From: Eledone cirrhosa
Lineage: Eukaryota
Direction: 5' to 3'
Assembly: GCA_964016885.1 (NCBI GenBank)
Contig: OZ024740.1
Coordinates: forward strand, 398,226,001-398,290,000
Length of the DNA stretch: 64,000 nt
Below, piece by piece: positions 23,701 to 36,594 of this stretch. The notes under the pieces were generated by a model. It was given only the letters and a program-made list of their open reading frames with translations, was not told the DNA's origin and ran no database searches. A program made the position numbers and the translations under genes. How positions within the stretch are numbered: the first letter of the stretch is position 1; the number at the start of each line of letters is the position of its first letter.

Positions 23701-24922
23701 TTCGCGTCGAAAAACTGGCTCAAAGCCGTTCTCGACGCTAGCACTCTGGCCACGTCGCCGCTTCTAATTGCCTCTTCTACTCTATCTATTAGCTCCCTTT
23801 CCTTCCTATTCCTATCCGCAGCTAGAACCTTACTAAATTCTATCGAGACTACTCTAATCTCTCTCTTTAGAGATACCCACCACCTGCTGTTGACGATCGC
23901 TCCAGTCAACCGTTCCTTAACTAACGTACTAATCCGATTCCTGTAGGCTCTACTTGCCGGCAAGGACAAGTTGAGCTTCCAGTAACCGGGGCCCTGTCTA
24001 TGAGTTCTGTCAAGGTTGACCATACAGGTCACTAATTTGTGGTCTGAATAGCCAACAATGCGCATTTTTGGACAACTTAAAAAGTCCTTATCCTTAATTC
24101 TAACTAAGAACCTATCTAGGTACGACCTAGATGATCCGCTACGATTTGCCCAAGTCCAGGTTGGCGCAGTCGGAAAATCTAGTCGATATCTATCGGCCAG
24201 GTCAAATCGACCGATTAACCCTTTGAGGCTATTACACCCCTCTCTATCGGGGCAGGCCCCTACGTAGTCCCAGCGTGCATCTAGGATACCATTCCAGTCC
24301 CCCACTAATAGCAAGGAGCGGGACGTCCCTAGAAAAGTCTCCAGACGATGGAAGAAGTCCGGCCGCATTGACCCGAAAGGGCCGTAGGCGGCTACCAACC
24401 TAAACGCTCCGCCTTTACCACTGCCAAGGTCCAGAACCACTAGTCGACCCTCCGGGTCCAAATGTACCATCTGTGTTGCGAGACCCAGATGTTTTTGCAG
24501 CAGAACGACAACTCCACCCCCACCTCCGGGCTGACAGAGAGATGCGTGCATCTCAAAGTCATCAAAGGTGGGGGCCAGCTGTCGCACGTTGCTGATCCGG
24601 GCCTCGCAAATAACCATCACATCTATACGTTGTGACCTGAGGTCATTTAGAAGCATTGCTTGCTTCCAAGTTGAGCCCAGGCCACGCGCATTTAAACAGC
24701 CTACTCTTAGCATAGCCATGTTGGTGGTGAAGAGAAAAGGCACTTACCTCTCTGCGTCCCGGGTATCGGGCTGCACAATTTCCATTAGGGTGGGGGATGG
24801 GTTGTTGGGTGGGGTGGTGGTTTGTGGAAGTGTGGGGGCATCAGTGTGTTGTGTGGTTGGGGAGCTTGGAGTTGTGAGGGTGTTTGGGAGGGGGTGGGAT
24901 AGTTTTTTAGGAGGACGCGGTT
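20780..24922 (-). mobile_element. Tx1/L1-clade LINE copy 2, 5'-truncated within the ORF1 C-terminus
   Basis: Intact ORF2. Similarity to copy 1 ends at about 24920. The 3' UTR boundary is approximate and no poly(A) was seen. Confidence 0.85.
21282..24719 (-). CDS. LINE ORF2 polyprotein: APE endonuclease, reverse transcriptase and C-terminal CCHC
   Basis: Uninterrupted ORF from MAMLRVGCLNARG. APE motifs GDWN, YLDRFL and SDHKLV; RT motifs KSPGLDG, FRPITLLN, LDQSKAFDRVDH, RQGCPLS and YADD; C-terminal CPRCVCDEETVAHALVHC. Confidence 0.95.
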   Translation of the reverse strand: MAMLRVGCLNARGLGSTWKQAMLLNDLRSQRIDVMVICEARISNVRQLAPTFDDFEMHASLCQPGGGGGVVVLLQKHLGLATQMVHLDPEGRLVVLDLGSGKGGAFRLVAAYGPFGSMRPDFFHRLETFLGTSRSLLLVGDWNGILDARWDYVGACPDREGCNSLKGLIGRFDLADRYRLDFPTAPTWTWANRSGSSRSYLDRFLVRIKDKDFLSCPKMRIVGYSDHKLVTCMVNLDRTHRQGPGYWKLNLSLPASRAYRNRISTLVKERLTGAIVNSRWWVSLKREIRVVSIEFSKVLAADRNRKERELIDRVEEAIRSGDVARVLASRTALSQFFDAKHEGCVVRSKIRALGNEGTKAVSWARVTEANSGTKSTIRSLRDLDGRAILEPKQMCEAFQRHFARLFGRGGEPVGNVDFGPYLDGLPRLSDREAKSCEEPISAAEIEDVLSQCGKRKSPGLDGLPYELYLAMPDLFPDLLEAVYCNWQQNGRIPCTVTKGVVTLVRKDENKGDEISNFRPITLLNTELQILAKVLAKRLALVVGNLVGDAQTCAIPSRSIHDNLHLMRYIIERVGNEPGFGGALINLDQSKAFDRVDHGYLDAVLAAAGFGPVFRGWITAMHSSRICSRVKVNGYLSEPFKIARSIRQGCPLSSLLYVLTLEPLLRKLELLQGIPLEPGLRKAVSAYADDVTVMVSTASEIEAVGTLLEEYEKFTGAKLNRDKSIGLQLGTWRGRPMPSDGVVGRWTEGPVKLLGVWFGPDPQVEKNWAEVTNRVFALTQKWASCKLSLKGRAEVANTYIASVIYYRLTVVPCPRETLTKMERALFQFLWKRRAPMVRRSICCQHPSKGGLGMPWLMMRKHALRLRHLYVFLTGQPVWASFVRRTFPRLVSLTELQSWVKQRPRKLGAWHTECAQALTALWQADPVISGDSTATFYRGLVRSRCDDALGEALDMEEDELASLFGRTFSPGPMDNFQKSLAWQCYRGALPVRERLYRHGRPGRDPAKKICPRCVCDEETVAHALVHCSGVADLWGYVEQLLSRVGPIRLTTESIVMIKPPPPFKDEAEAVFLCVIAMAKEVVWWTRLKGLRSGTFLSGQQLVRFFRYHFGRRIRMEREVLHPSRFYERWVKVARMARVNGPSLYIRL

Positions 24923-25591
24923 AATGGGCCCGACGCAGGGGGGACCCACGTCCTCTTTAAAATTGTTTTTTAAAGACAAAAATAGATAGGAAGACAATAT
25001 GTGTGGAAAATATTAGGATAATCATGACTAGTGATCCATTAGAGTTGTTCTGGAGCTAAATATCAACTAATCTGTGTGAACAACCTAGAGAAGTTAGCTC
25101 ATGGTAAGCCGAATCTTCGACATAATGTACTTTTATTCAAAACCTTTTTCTTCACTTACTCTCCTTAGTCTACCAGGATTGATCAATAGTCCTGAGAGAA
25201 ATAGGGAAACGAGAAAGATGACTTGATTTAGAACATTACATAAAAATGGAGTTCGTTAGTGTAACATTTCTGTTTACCATTCTAACTTGAATATGTAACA
25301 GCATGATCTCTACATCCATCTTGGTCGGCTGGAATCTCTTTAATCTGTTCCTTCTATTTAACAATCTTCCCCAGACCTTCTCGTTAAAATTTCGTAAAAA
25401 GTGATTTTCTTAGGGGATTACTAAAATAAAAATTAGCAAATAGTACGAAATGTCCCATTTACTTAACGCATTCTAGATTTTTAAACTATTGTCTAAAGTA
25501 CTAGCTGTTAGTCTAGATTTGTCTGTATTATTTTTCTTCTTTCAAAATTAAAGAGCAAAAGTGAAAGAAATAATAAAAAGCAGAAATAATA

Positions 25592-25775
25592 ATTGTTTCT
25601 ATTTTTAGGCACAAGGCCAGCAATTACCCAGTACATTACTGGTACTTTATTTTATCGACCCCGTAAGGATGAAAGGCAAAGTTAACCTCGGCGGGATTTG
25701 AACTCAGATCATAAAGGGACGTAACTCTATGCTTCAAAGCATGGTGTCCGACTCTCTACCGATACTGCCAATCCA
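25592..25775 (-). mobile_element. SINE family B
   Basis: Reverse complement of the 33880/32530 copies. Confidence 0.85.
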
Positions 25776-28369
25776 ATGAAATTAAAATAGAAATAGAAAT
25801 ATGAAAAAATAAGAAAAGAAAATACAAGTGTTTGTTATGTAATTTCTAAAACAATATCACTGAAAATGGATGTTGTAGTTATTTTATATTTTACTATTTG
25901 TATTAATTATTTATGAACATTGTTCAGAACCTTGAAAGTCATTCTAAACTCAGCAGGACATATATTGACAAAGGAAAGTATAAGTAATAAATAAATAAAT
26001 AAGTAAAATAAATAAATAAATAAGTAAATAAATGAATGACTTGAAGACATAAAAACAGACACAAGACGATGACAAAAGTAAAACGAAACATGTTAATAAC
26101 CTTAATAAAAAAAAATAAAGCTTAAACAATTAAAAACAAATTGCACACACACACTTACATACACATACGCACACGCACATGCACATACACATGTACACGT
26201 ACAAACACACATACACAGAACGAAAGAATATTTAAGCTAAACAAATAACACGAAAAGAACTTGTATCTGAACGCTGCAGACGATAACTTTGTTGACTCTG
26301 AACGCTCCTCCTTCGACATTGTTTGCATATCTCGGTGCTTTAATATGAACACATGTTAACATTTTAATGTAGTCACAGCTGGCCTGGTTGGCAATCAACC
26401 AAATGTGGGTGGGTTTAAATAAGTAAAATGAAATCCCTTTTAACGTTTAATGCCCACTCTGTTGCAAGCATTTGAGCTAGTTCTCTGGTCTGAGGATAGC
26501 TTTCTCCTTCCTTTCACTAATCTCTAAAGGTAATAAAACTTACCCTTTCTTTTAAACAAGTAATAAAACACATTTAAAATTTGCTTAATGACAATGGTCA
26601 TTGTTTTATTGGTACGGAGTATAAACTTTGGTGTAGTCATTTGAATTGATTAGTCTCATTCAGTACGTAACTGGTACAATATTACCAACCTCATAGAGTG
26701 GTTGGTAAAAGTCTACATTAAGTCGAATTTTGAAAGTGCAATGAAACAAAACTCAATTTTTATTGGTTTTTCCGTTCAGTACTTCCCTGTATCTTCCACT
26801 CAACTATTTAGTTCATAATGTGTTTAATATAATCATTTCTATATTAGGCACAATGCCAACAATTTTGAGGAAGGAAAAGTCGATTAAATTGACGCGTTAC
26901 TTGACTGAGACTTTATTTCATCGACTCCGAATGGCTGAAAAACGAAGATAACCTCTGCAGGATTTCAACTCAGAATATAAAGAGCTGGAAAAATGCTCTA
27001 ACGACTTTTCCAATCCACCACCTAGAAAGTGTTTAAGATAATAATGTTTGACAACAGGATGCCAAAGAAGACGGCAAATTTTACGGAGTTGTTGGAGATA
27101 GAATGATTTGCGGGATTCATTACTACATTGTTCTTTGAGTTCAAATGATACCCAGATCAATTTTCCTGTTATCCTTTCAGTGTCGAGAAAAATAGTACCA
27201 GTGGGACACTAAGGTCTATTCCTTTTTTTCTTTCTTTGTGAAATGAATGAATGAATGAATGAATGTATGCATACATACATGTATGGATGTATGTATGTAT
27301 GAATGTATATATGTATGCATGCATGCATGCATCTATGTATATATGTATGGTTATTATTGCCGGGGAGAGGAGTGGACCTGAAAATCTGCACTACTAAAAT
27401 GGCCCCCAAAACCTGCGTCTCATACAGCCTCTCACAACCGAAGCTCCATTCTTGGCTTTCCTGTGGTGGAGATGTTTGGAACTAACATGTAGAGGAAAAT
27501 GTGGGTTACTGGCATCCGAAACCCAGTTTTTCTGGGTAGACAGAACTCTTTAGCTGTGTGTGGCTCTGTCTAGGTCACTCTGATTCAAAACCAGGATAGA
27601 TGGAACCCCTTAGTCATAATTATGACAACATATCTGTGCACGTAAAATCAGTCGTCCCCCTGGCTGGTGTTATGGTACGCAGTATGTTCACTGGAAGTGA
27701 AGGACCCCGAGTCGTGGTTGCGCCATTCTACTAAGAGAGGCAAATTCTGAGTTGAAGCCTGCGATTTACAAGATTACTGGTCATTTTGCTTTGGCTTATC
27801 ATTAGATAATAATCGGTGAGATTTTAGGAGTGCCACTCATTGTGTATAAGTGCCACTATAACTCATGGTGTACAGATGTCTCTTTTGCACAGTCATTCTA
27901 TTTATCCAGCTAATACAGGCCAGGGATCCGAATTCTTGGCATCATTTAGACATTGAGCCTATTGCTGCAGTTATTGTATTGAGATGTTACACAAATTTGC
28001 GCCAATGAGATGCCGCCGCTTTCGTAATTTCGTCACGTCGGGTGATACGGTATAGGTAGGAGCAGTCATGGTTCCCCAGTCACCTCTGCTGATGTGTTCT
28101 ATGCTGGAGTGTCATCAGTGTTTGAGGATGGAATCTTGGTCTTGCCTTTTGCTGAGGGAGTGAAGTCACCTCCGTGCACATGGGAGGATGTAGATTTTCA
28201 GGAATGATTGAGGTGATGTTAGGCCGCCTGTCATCTGACAAGATTAACAATCATCATGTGTGTGTGTGTGACAGCTCACACCTATGCAGGCTTAGCTGGC
28301 CTCCTCCAAGGTATATTTCGTTGGAGGTGTCTTGGGTGATTTAATGATAGGGACCCCAGTCCTATCATC

Positions 28370-28515
28370 TCATTTCTACAGCTGAGTAAACTGGAACAAT
28401 GTGAAATAAAGTGTCTTGTTCAAGAAAACAGCACAACACCCGGTCCGAGAATTGAACTCACAACCTTTCGATTGCAAGCCCAATGCTCTAACCACTAGGC
28501 CATGACCTTTCACAT
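28370..28515 (-). mobile_element. CORE-type SINE family A (head plus CORE)
   Basis: Reverse complement of 4432-4570. Confidence 0.85.
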
Positions 28516-28699
28516 GTATGTATGATGGACTCGAGTAAATGGTAAAATCTACTTGCCTATGATACTACGCAGCGGGATCTCATGATTCCGAATTTTCTTT
28601 CTCCTCTTATTTCTTGGAAAAACAATAAGATTAATATCCCCTAAGAAGCTTGCCGAGACTACGCCGAAACCGCCTGAGCTTGGAGTGGATTGCCACTTC

Positions 28700-28820
<121 letters not shown>

Positions 28821-29043
28821 CGTATATGCCGGCGTACAAGTCGACATTTGGAGCCTAAAAATATCTCTCCAAAACCAGGGGTCAACTTGTCCGCCGAATA
28901 TAAAATATGAATCTTTACCTCTGAGTGAGACTGCCTGCCTAACACTCGTTGTACACTACTTACCATAACTCTAGCAGCCCTCCACGATTATTTCCTACTG
29001 AATCTCATATTTGTTAAGTCTATTTAACATAGAGATTATAATA

Positions 29044-29592
29044 ATTGTTTCTACTTTTGGCACAAGGCCAGCAATTATTTCAGTGCATTACTGGTACTTT
29101 ATTTTATCGACCCCGTAAGGATGAAAGGCAAAGTTAACCTCAGCGGGATTTGAACTCAGATCATAATCCCGACGAGGTTAACTTTGCCTTTCATCCTACG
29201 GGGTCGATAAAATAAAGTACCAGTCATGCACTGGGGTCAATTTAATCGACACCCCCCCCCCCCCCCCCCCCGAAAAAAAAATTGCTGGCCTTGTGCCTAT
29301 ATAAGAAACCATTATAAACATTCTGTTAATTTCTTCGGATACAGAAGAGAAAAACCCAGCAGATTGCTTTGTATTATACTGAATGTTAAAACGAGTTGGC
29401 AGTATCGGTAGAACATCGGGCAACATGTTTTATGGCATATTGTTACGTTCTTTTACATTCTGAGTTCAAATCCCGCTTTGCCTATTATCCTTACGGTGTC
29501 CATAAAATATAACACCAGTAATACATGGGGGTTGTTTAAATCACCTTTCCCCTCCCTCAAAATCGTTGGCCTTGTACCTAAATCAGAAACCA
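29044..29592. mobile_element. Cluster of three family-B SINE pieces: 29044-29163 (-), 29166-29312 (+), 29396-29592 (+)
   Basis: The Meta-like block occurs in both orientations. Confidence 0.8.
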
Positions 29593-29839
29593 TTATTATT
29601 ATTGCTCTTTATAGTTTTTGTTATTTGTAATAAATATGACACATATTTTCTATGAGTACTAATATTTTTACATAAATACAAACACAAAAATTCACTCGCA
29701 TACACACTCACAAAAACACACGTACACACACATGCGCGCGCGCACGCACACGTACACCTGCACATATGTCTGCTGTGCACAGATCGGTATGTATACATTG
29801 ATATATACAATTGAATAAATAAATACGCTTAAACATAGG

Positions 29840-30590
<751 letters not shown>

Positions 30591-30862
30591 TGCGTAGTGG
30601 GTGAGTTAAATAGAAGAGACGCAATGCAAGAGGTTGGGCAGGAGCTCAAATGTAAACACCGTTTCTTCATAAGAATTATAATAGCCAACATAACTGAAAT
30701 TACAAACATTGTTAGTTAAACCTTAAATACTGGTGCATTAATATCATATTGTTTTTATATGTGATTTCTTTACCGCTTAATTATAACTTTTTCTTGAAAT
30801 GTTTGTTCTATTTTCTAATTCTTCTTAATTGTTTATAGTATTTTATAGCTATATATAAATAA

Positions 30863-30939
<77 letters not shown>

Positions 30940-31193
30940 TATTATAATCGGATGGTTAGTACACTTTACTATATTCTTTTTGTTGATTTGTATTCATCAT
31001 TCTTTCCGTAGGTAATATGTTTGTCACTCTGATCGTTTTTGATCCCCTGTGATTGAACACATATCTCTATGTGTACTTCTCTGTATATGTTGATATATTT
31101 ATATATATATATATTGTGGGTAATAATAAATATTACCCAGTTACAAGTATGAAAATAGCTCGATGTAAAATAAGTATAATACATCGCCGAAAT

Positions 31194-31413
31194 ACAATGT
31201 AAATGAGAATAAAAGAGTGTTTAAACTTTCAAACATTTAATCACTCCCATATTATGTATCCTCCTAATGTTCTTATGACAAAGTTTTGATCTTATGTTTG
31301 TGTTTGACTTTTGTTATCAACTCCGATGGTTCCGACCTTGTGCTAGGATGACATGATCGTCAGTGATCAAATGTTTGAAAGTTTAAACACTCTTTGATTG
31401 TAATTTACATTGT
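31194..31413. repeat. Imperfect inverted repeat with ~45-bp arms
   Basis: ACAATGTAAAT...AAAGAGTGTTTAAACTTTCAAACATTT and its reverse complement at 31369-31413. Confidence 0.7.
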
Positions 31414-31451
31414 GTGTGTATATATATATATATATAGAGAGAGAGAGACAT

Positions 31452-31502
<51 letters not shown>

Positions 31503-31537
31503 CGCCCACACACATACTTACACACACACACACACAC

Positions 31538-31626
<89 letters not shown>

Positions 31627-32158
31627 TGCAATCTGCACCTGAGAATAGGTTATTATAAAGTATCACTGAAACAATAAGTTAATTGAACTTAAAACTTATG
31701 AAAAATAAGACAAATATGTATGACACCAAATTCTTGATAACCTTCGAAACATAATCTGATGACTTTCTGTTAGAAAATATTACATCAGCTATTTATTATT
31801 GGCCAAAAGTTTTCTCCAAACCACAAAAGTGTATATCTAGAAATGAAAGACAAACAATCTCAGTAAAAAGAGCCTCTTTTTAAGATCTAAAAATGAATAA
31901 TGTACCAACATGCTAAAGAAAATACCTCTAAAACATTCCATATTTATTTTGGAAATCTATGTATTGGAAATACATACAAACGTTTTAGTTTAACACATTT
32001 TAACAAGATATTTACTTAATGAACATTTAATCGATTATAGCTGGCGAAATTTTTAAACTAAGCCATTTTGCCATAGCTTCAATAAACCTGGCCAAAAATG
32101 AAAACATTCACTTGATAAAAATCTCTAGTCCGATCGCTTGTCTGAACATTATTTATTG

Positions 32159-32245
32159 GGTTAACTTTGCTTTTCGTCCTTACGGGGTCGATAAAATAAA
32201 GCAACAGTAACGCACTGGTCCTGTGCTCAAAATAGAAACAATTAT
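32159..32245 (+). mobile_element. SINE family B, 3' fragment
   Basis: GGTTAACTTTGCTTTTCGTCCTTACGGGGTCGATAAAATAAAG. Confidence 0.75.
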
Positions 32246-32528
32246 TTATAAGTTTTATACGAGCTGATTAAATCAATTTCTTCAACCATTATACGTCCAA
32301 ATGTGAACGCATCATGGCCGAATGGTTAAAAGGTTTGCTTTGCAATCATTAGGTTTCTGGTCGATCCCACTGCGTGGCATTTAGGCAATAACCTATTTAG
32401 CCAACTTGGGAGCAAAAATTCAAATCACTCTACTTAGATTCACTACAAATATTTCATTTGAAATCAGTGATAAGGAGAACATTTATAAGTAAATGCATTG
32501 AAACCTACACATTATTTACCATTATTTA

Positions 32529-32713
32529 TGGATTGGCAGTATCGGTAGAGGGTCGGACGCCATGCTTTGACGTATAGAGTTACGGCCCTTGCCATTCTGA
32601 GTTCAAATCCCGCCGAGGTTAACTTTGCCTTTCATCCTTATGGGGTTGATAAAATAAAGTACCAGTAATACACTTAGTATTTACTGGCCTTGTGCCAAAA
32701 GTAGAAACAATTA
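32529..32713 (+). mobile_element. SINE family B
   Basis: TGGCAGTATCGG A box, GAGTTCAAATCC B box and the Meta-like block. Confidence 0.85.
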
Positions 32714-32814
32714 TTTAAAATGTTCATTTGTATCTGTAATTATTGATGAAATTTATTATGTTCGAGAATGTTTTTAACAATAATTTTGAAAAGTTAGTTT
32801 TTTCATTCAAAGGA

Positions 32815-32960
32815 GATGATTATCTGACAGTCTGCAAATGCAATCTGAAATAATGGAAATATGCAAGACTTTTCTAAAAACTAACATGTAACTTTATACT
32901 TTTGTTGATGTCTAAATTCCACAGAGGTAGCTTTATTTCTTAGAAACCATTCTCGTTGAA
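32815..32960 (+). mobile_element. Old R4/Dong-like 3' end remnant
   Basis: LQMQS...ICKTFLK-like coding end. TTGATGT.TAAATTCCA.AGAG...TTAGAAACC matches 16830-16880. Confidence 0.55.
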
Positions 32961-33204
32961 ATTTTAAAAACGATACACAGACGCACCACACACATGCACC
33001 TACATTTATTCATACATAAACATGTGTACAAATGTAGGATAGACACATATCCCTAGGGATAACTGAATAGAATTGTAAGCACATATATGAATATATATTC
33101 ATACATACATTTATATAAGTATAAATAAATAAATACATACATACATACATACATACATACATACATACATACATACATACATACATACATACATACATAC
33201 ATAC

Positions 33205-33628
33205 ATGGTGGCTGCCAACTCGTTTTCGAGTACGGCCACTACTTTATATCCATGTAGGAGAACCCCTACCGATGCGCTGAACAAGTGTGACTTTTTAGTC
33301 CAGCCAGTGACTTGAAAACTCTGGTACAAACACTACACTTGTGACAATTATTGACACATAGTGCTGGGCCCATGGTACCATGTGACGACAAGTGCAGAGA
33401 GATCTCCAGACATAAAGCAATGCCTGTGCCGTGAAGCTTTTATAGTGAGCAAAGGCACTGCACAAAGCCAGTCCCACTCTCTTAACCAAGATGATATTTA
33501 CCAAAAAGAAGAACAAGTCAACATCATTGGATACCATCAGAGTTGCAGGTGTTATATCAGAGTTTTCCTTCTCCTAGAATTCTGCCTTGACAAAGGCTAA
33601 GGGGTCATCTCTCCCGGTGATTTTGGAT
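33205..33628 (-). mobile_element. RTE-derived element, 5'-truncated copy of 16945-17545
   Basis: Near-identical to 16945-17360 and flanked by (TACA)n. Confidence 0.85.
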
Positions 33629-33876
33629 ACATACATACATACATACATACATACATACATACATACATACATACATACATACATACATACATAATTCATT
33701 GTATAAGGAACAATGATGAATGATAAAGATTTGTCTTGAAAGAAGAGAGAAGTAAGTCATTGCTTTAAAGTAGGAATCTTGTGTTCTAGTTCCCTCAGAG
33801 AAAGGGTTTCAATAGTTATCTGGAAACAATGCTAGAAGTTTATACTCGATTTTACTTATTGCGTTTTCGAACCATT

Positions 33877-34066
33877 GCGGTGGATTAGTAGTATCGGTAG
33901 AGGGTCGGACGCCATGCTTTGCAGCACAGAGTTATGTCCCTTTATGATCTAAGTTCAAATCCCGCCGAGGTTAACTTTGCCTTTCATTCATACGGGGTCG
34001 ATAAAATAAAGTACCAGTAATGCACTGAGATAATTGCTGGCCTTGTGCCAAAAGTAGAAACAATTA
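33877..34066 (+). mobile_element. SINE family B
   Basis: Colinear with 32529-32713. Confidence 0.85.
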
Positions 34067-34241
34067 TTACAAATTATAATCCATTGATACATACACAACT
34101 ATAGATTTACATATAAGGGTTTCCATTAGTTACCAGTTTTGCTCAATGAATGAATTAATTAAATAATTAATTAGTCAGAGCGTCATATAATCATAAGTGG
34201 GAAAAGCAAACAAGATAAAAAGTTAACTAATTTACTTCGAT

Positions 34242-34336
34242 GTCCCGACTGCAGTTTCGCTGTGTAAGAAGCAGCTTGGAAATTCCAATAATTTAGGAAA
34301 TCCTTCACTGTGAGAGTTCACAGCTCTTCGGGGAAC
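34242..34336 (-). ncRNA. Type I hammerhead ribozyme with palindromic stem III and a core U4>C variant
   Basis: Minus strand reads GTTCC-CCGAAGA-GCTGTG...CACAGC-GAAACTGCAGTC-GGGAC. Confidence 0.65.
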
Positions 34337-34500
34337 TTCTCAGTCCAAGAAAATTATCTTTCAAGTGAGCGTTACCAGTGATAATTTCAAATGAGAAAAG
34401 TGTCACATGATAAATGGTCAGCGAGGAGGGTAGCGAAAGGTGGACTATTGACGAGTAACAGGATTACTAGAAAAAGCAGTCCGTTTCAGCCTACTATAGT

Positions 34501-34666
34501 CAGTGCCGGATTTAGGACAAATGAAGCCCTGTGGTAGTTAAGTTTAAAGGACTCAAACATTTGAAAAATTCATCGTATAAATTGGGGGGGGGGGGGGAGA
34601 TGGGCCCCCTGGCCAACGGGGCACTGTGATTAAGCACATCTAAGCACAATGGTAAATACGATACTG
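34501..34666. mobile_element. Probable hAT-type MITE
   Basis: Imperfect TIRs CAGTGCCGGATTTA / TAAATACGATACTG. Flanks ACTATAGT/ACTGTATT match at 6 of 8 positions. Confidence 0.6.
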
Positions 34667-34824
34667 ACTGTATTTAGTGCTTGATAATATAAAAAAAGAC
34701 AGTTAGTTACGGCTGGAACGCTTTTGATTTCTGCTCATTCATGGCTGACCTGGGGTTAAACAACACCGACAACAATCATCATCACCTCCCTCACCATGGG
34801 TTTTATTGCTGCTGTAACAATTCT

Positions 34825-34929
34825 TGTTGTTGACGACGAAGACGATGATGATGATAGTGGTGGTGGTGGTGGTGTTTTTGTTGTTTATAATGATGATGAT
34901 GGTGGTGGTGGTGGTGGTGTTTTTGTTGT

Positions 34930-34960
<31 letters not shown>

Positions 34961-34971
34961 GTTTTTGTTGT

Positions 34972-35002
<31 letters not shown>

Positions 35003-35013
35003 GTTTTTGTTGT

Positions 35014-35044
<31 letters not shown>

Positions 35045-35187
35045 GTTTTTGTTGTTGATGATGATGATGATGATGATGGTGGTGGTAGTGGTGTTTTTGT
35101 TGTTGATGATGATGGTGGTGGTGGTGGTGGTGTTTTTGTTGTTGATAATGATGATGGTGGTGGTGGTGATGGTGTTTTTGTTGTTGT

Positions 35188-35221
<34 letters not shown>

Positions 35222-35280
35222 GGTGTTTTTGTTGTTGATAATGATGATGGTGGTGGTGGTGATGGTGTTTTTGTTGTTGA

Positions 35281-35314
<34 letters not shown>

Positions 35315-35328
35315 GGTGTTTTTGTTGT

Positions 35329-35359
<31 letters not shown>

Positions 35360-35454
35360 GTTTTTGTTGTTGATGATGATGGTGGTGGTGGTGGTGGTGT
35401 TTTTGTTGTTGATAATGATGATGGTGGTGGTGGTGATGGTGTTTTTGTTGTTGA

Positions 35455-35488
<34 letters not shown>

Positions 35489-35502
35489 GGTGTTTTTGTT
35501 GT

Positions 35503-35533
<31 letters not shown>

Positions 35534-35628
35534 GTTTTTGTTGTTGATGATGATGGTGGTGGTGGTGGTGGTGTTTTTGTTGTTGATAATGATGATGGTG
35601 GTGGTGGTGATGGTGTTTTTGTTGTTGA

Positions 35629-35662
<34 letters not shown>

Positions 35663-35676
35663 GGTGTTTTTGTTGT

Positions 35677-35707
<31 letters not shown>

Positions 35708-35850
35708 GTTTTTGTTGTTGATGATGATGATGATGATGATGGTGGTGGTAGTGGTGTTTTTGTTGTTGATGATGATGGTGGTGGTGGTGGTGGTGTTTTT
35801 GTTGTTGATAATGATGATGGTGGTGGTGGTGATGGTGTTTTTGTTGTTGT

Positions 35851-35882
<32 letters not shown>

Positions 35883-35898
35883 ATGGTGTTTTTGTTGT

Positions 35899-35929
<31 letters not shown>

Positions 35930-36069
35930 GTTTTTGTTGTTGATGATGATGATGATGATGATGGTGGTGGTAGTGGTGTTTTTGTTGTTGATGATGATGG
36001 TGGTGGTGGTAGTGGTGTTTTTGTTGTTGATGATGATGGTGGTGGTGGTGGTGGTGTTTTTGTTGTTGT

Positions 36070-36103
<34 letters not shown>

Positions 36104-36301
36104 GGTGTTTTTGTTGTTGTTGATGATGGTGATGGTGATGGTGGTGGTGGTGGTGGTGTTTTTTGTTGTTGTTGATGATGGTGATGGTGATGGTGGTGGT
36201 GGTGGTGGTGTTTTTGTTGTTGATGATGATGGTGGTGGTGGTAGTGGTGTTTTTGTTGTTGATGATGATGGTGGTGGTGGTGATGGTGTTTTTGTTGTTG
36301 T

Positions 36302-36335
<34 letters not shown>

Positions 36336-36458
36336 GGTGTTTTTGTTGTTGTTGATGATGGTGATGGTGATGGTGGTGGTGGTGGTGGTGTTTTTTGTTG
36401 TTGTTGATGATGGTGATGGTGATGGTGGTGTTTTTGTTGTTAATAATGATGATGATGA
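34825..36458. repeat. Compound trinucleotide minisatellite GTT-TTT-(GTT)n(GAT)n(GGT)n
   Basis: Units of ~30-48 bp with a 174-bp higher-order period (GATAAT markers at 35237, 35411, 35585). Confidence 0.95.
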
Positions 36459-36594
36459 GTAAGTTTGCTGTTGTTATTACTCTGCCAAGTGTTGTTCCAT
36501 CAGCCTCCACAATGTGAAGTGTTCCACAGACACTGACAGCTGCACTAACATCAACTTCTCACAAACAACAAACATCTTAATGACACTATTCATA

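Noticed and set aside
21363-24924. Plus-strand ORFs overlapping LINE ORF2 (also 82-2585)
   Set aside because: They are antisense shadows of GC-rich LINE coding sequence with no motifs.
31750-31790. CTGATGA...GAAA hammerhead-like motif
   Set aside because: Stem I and stem II pairing is not possible.
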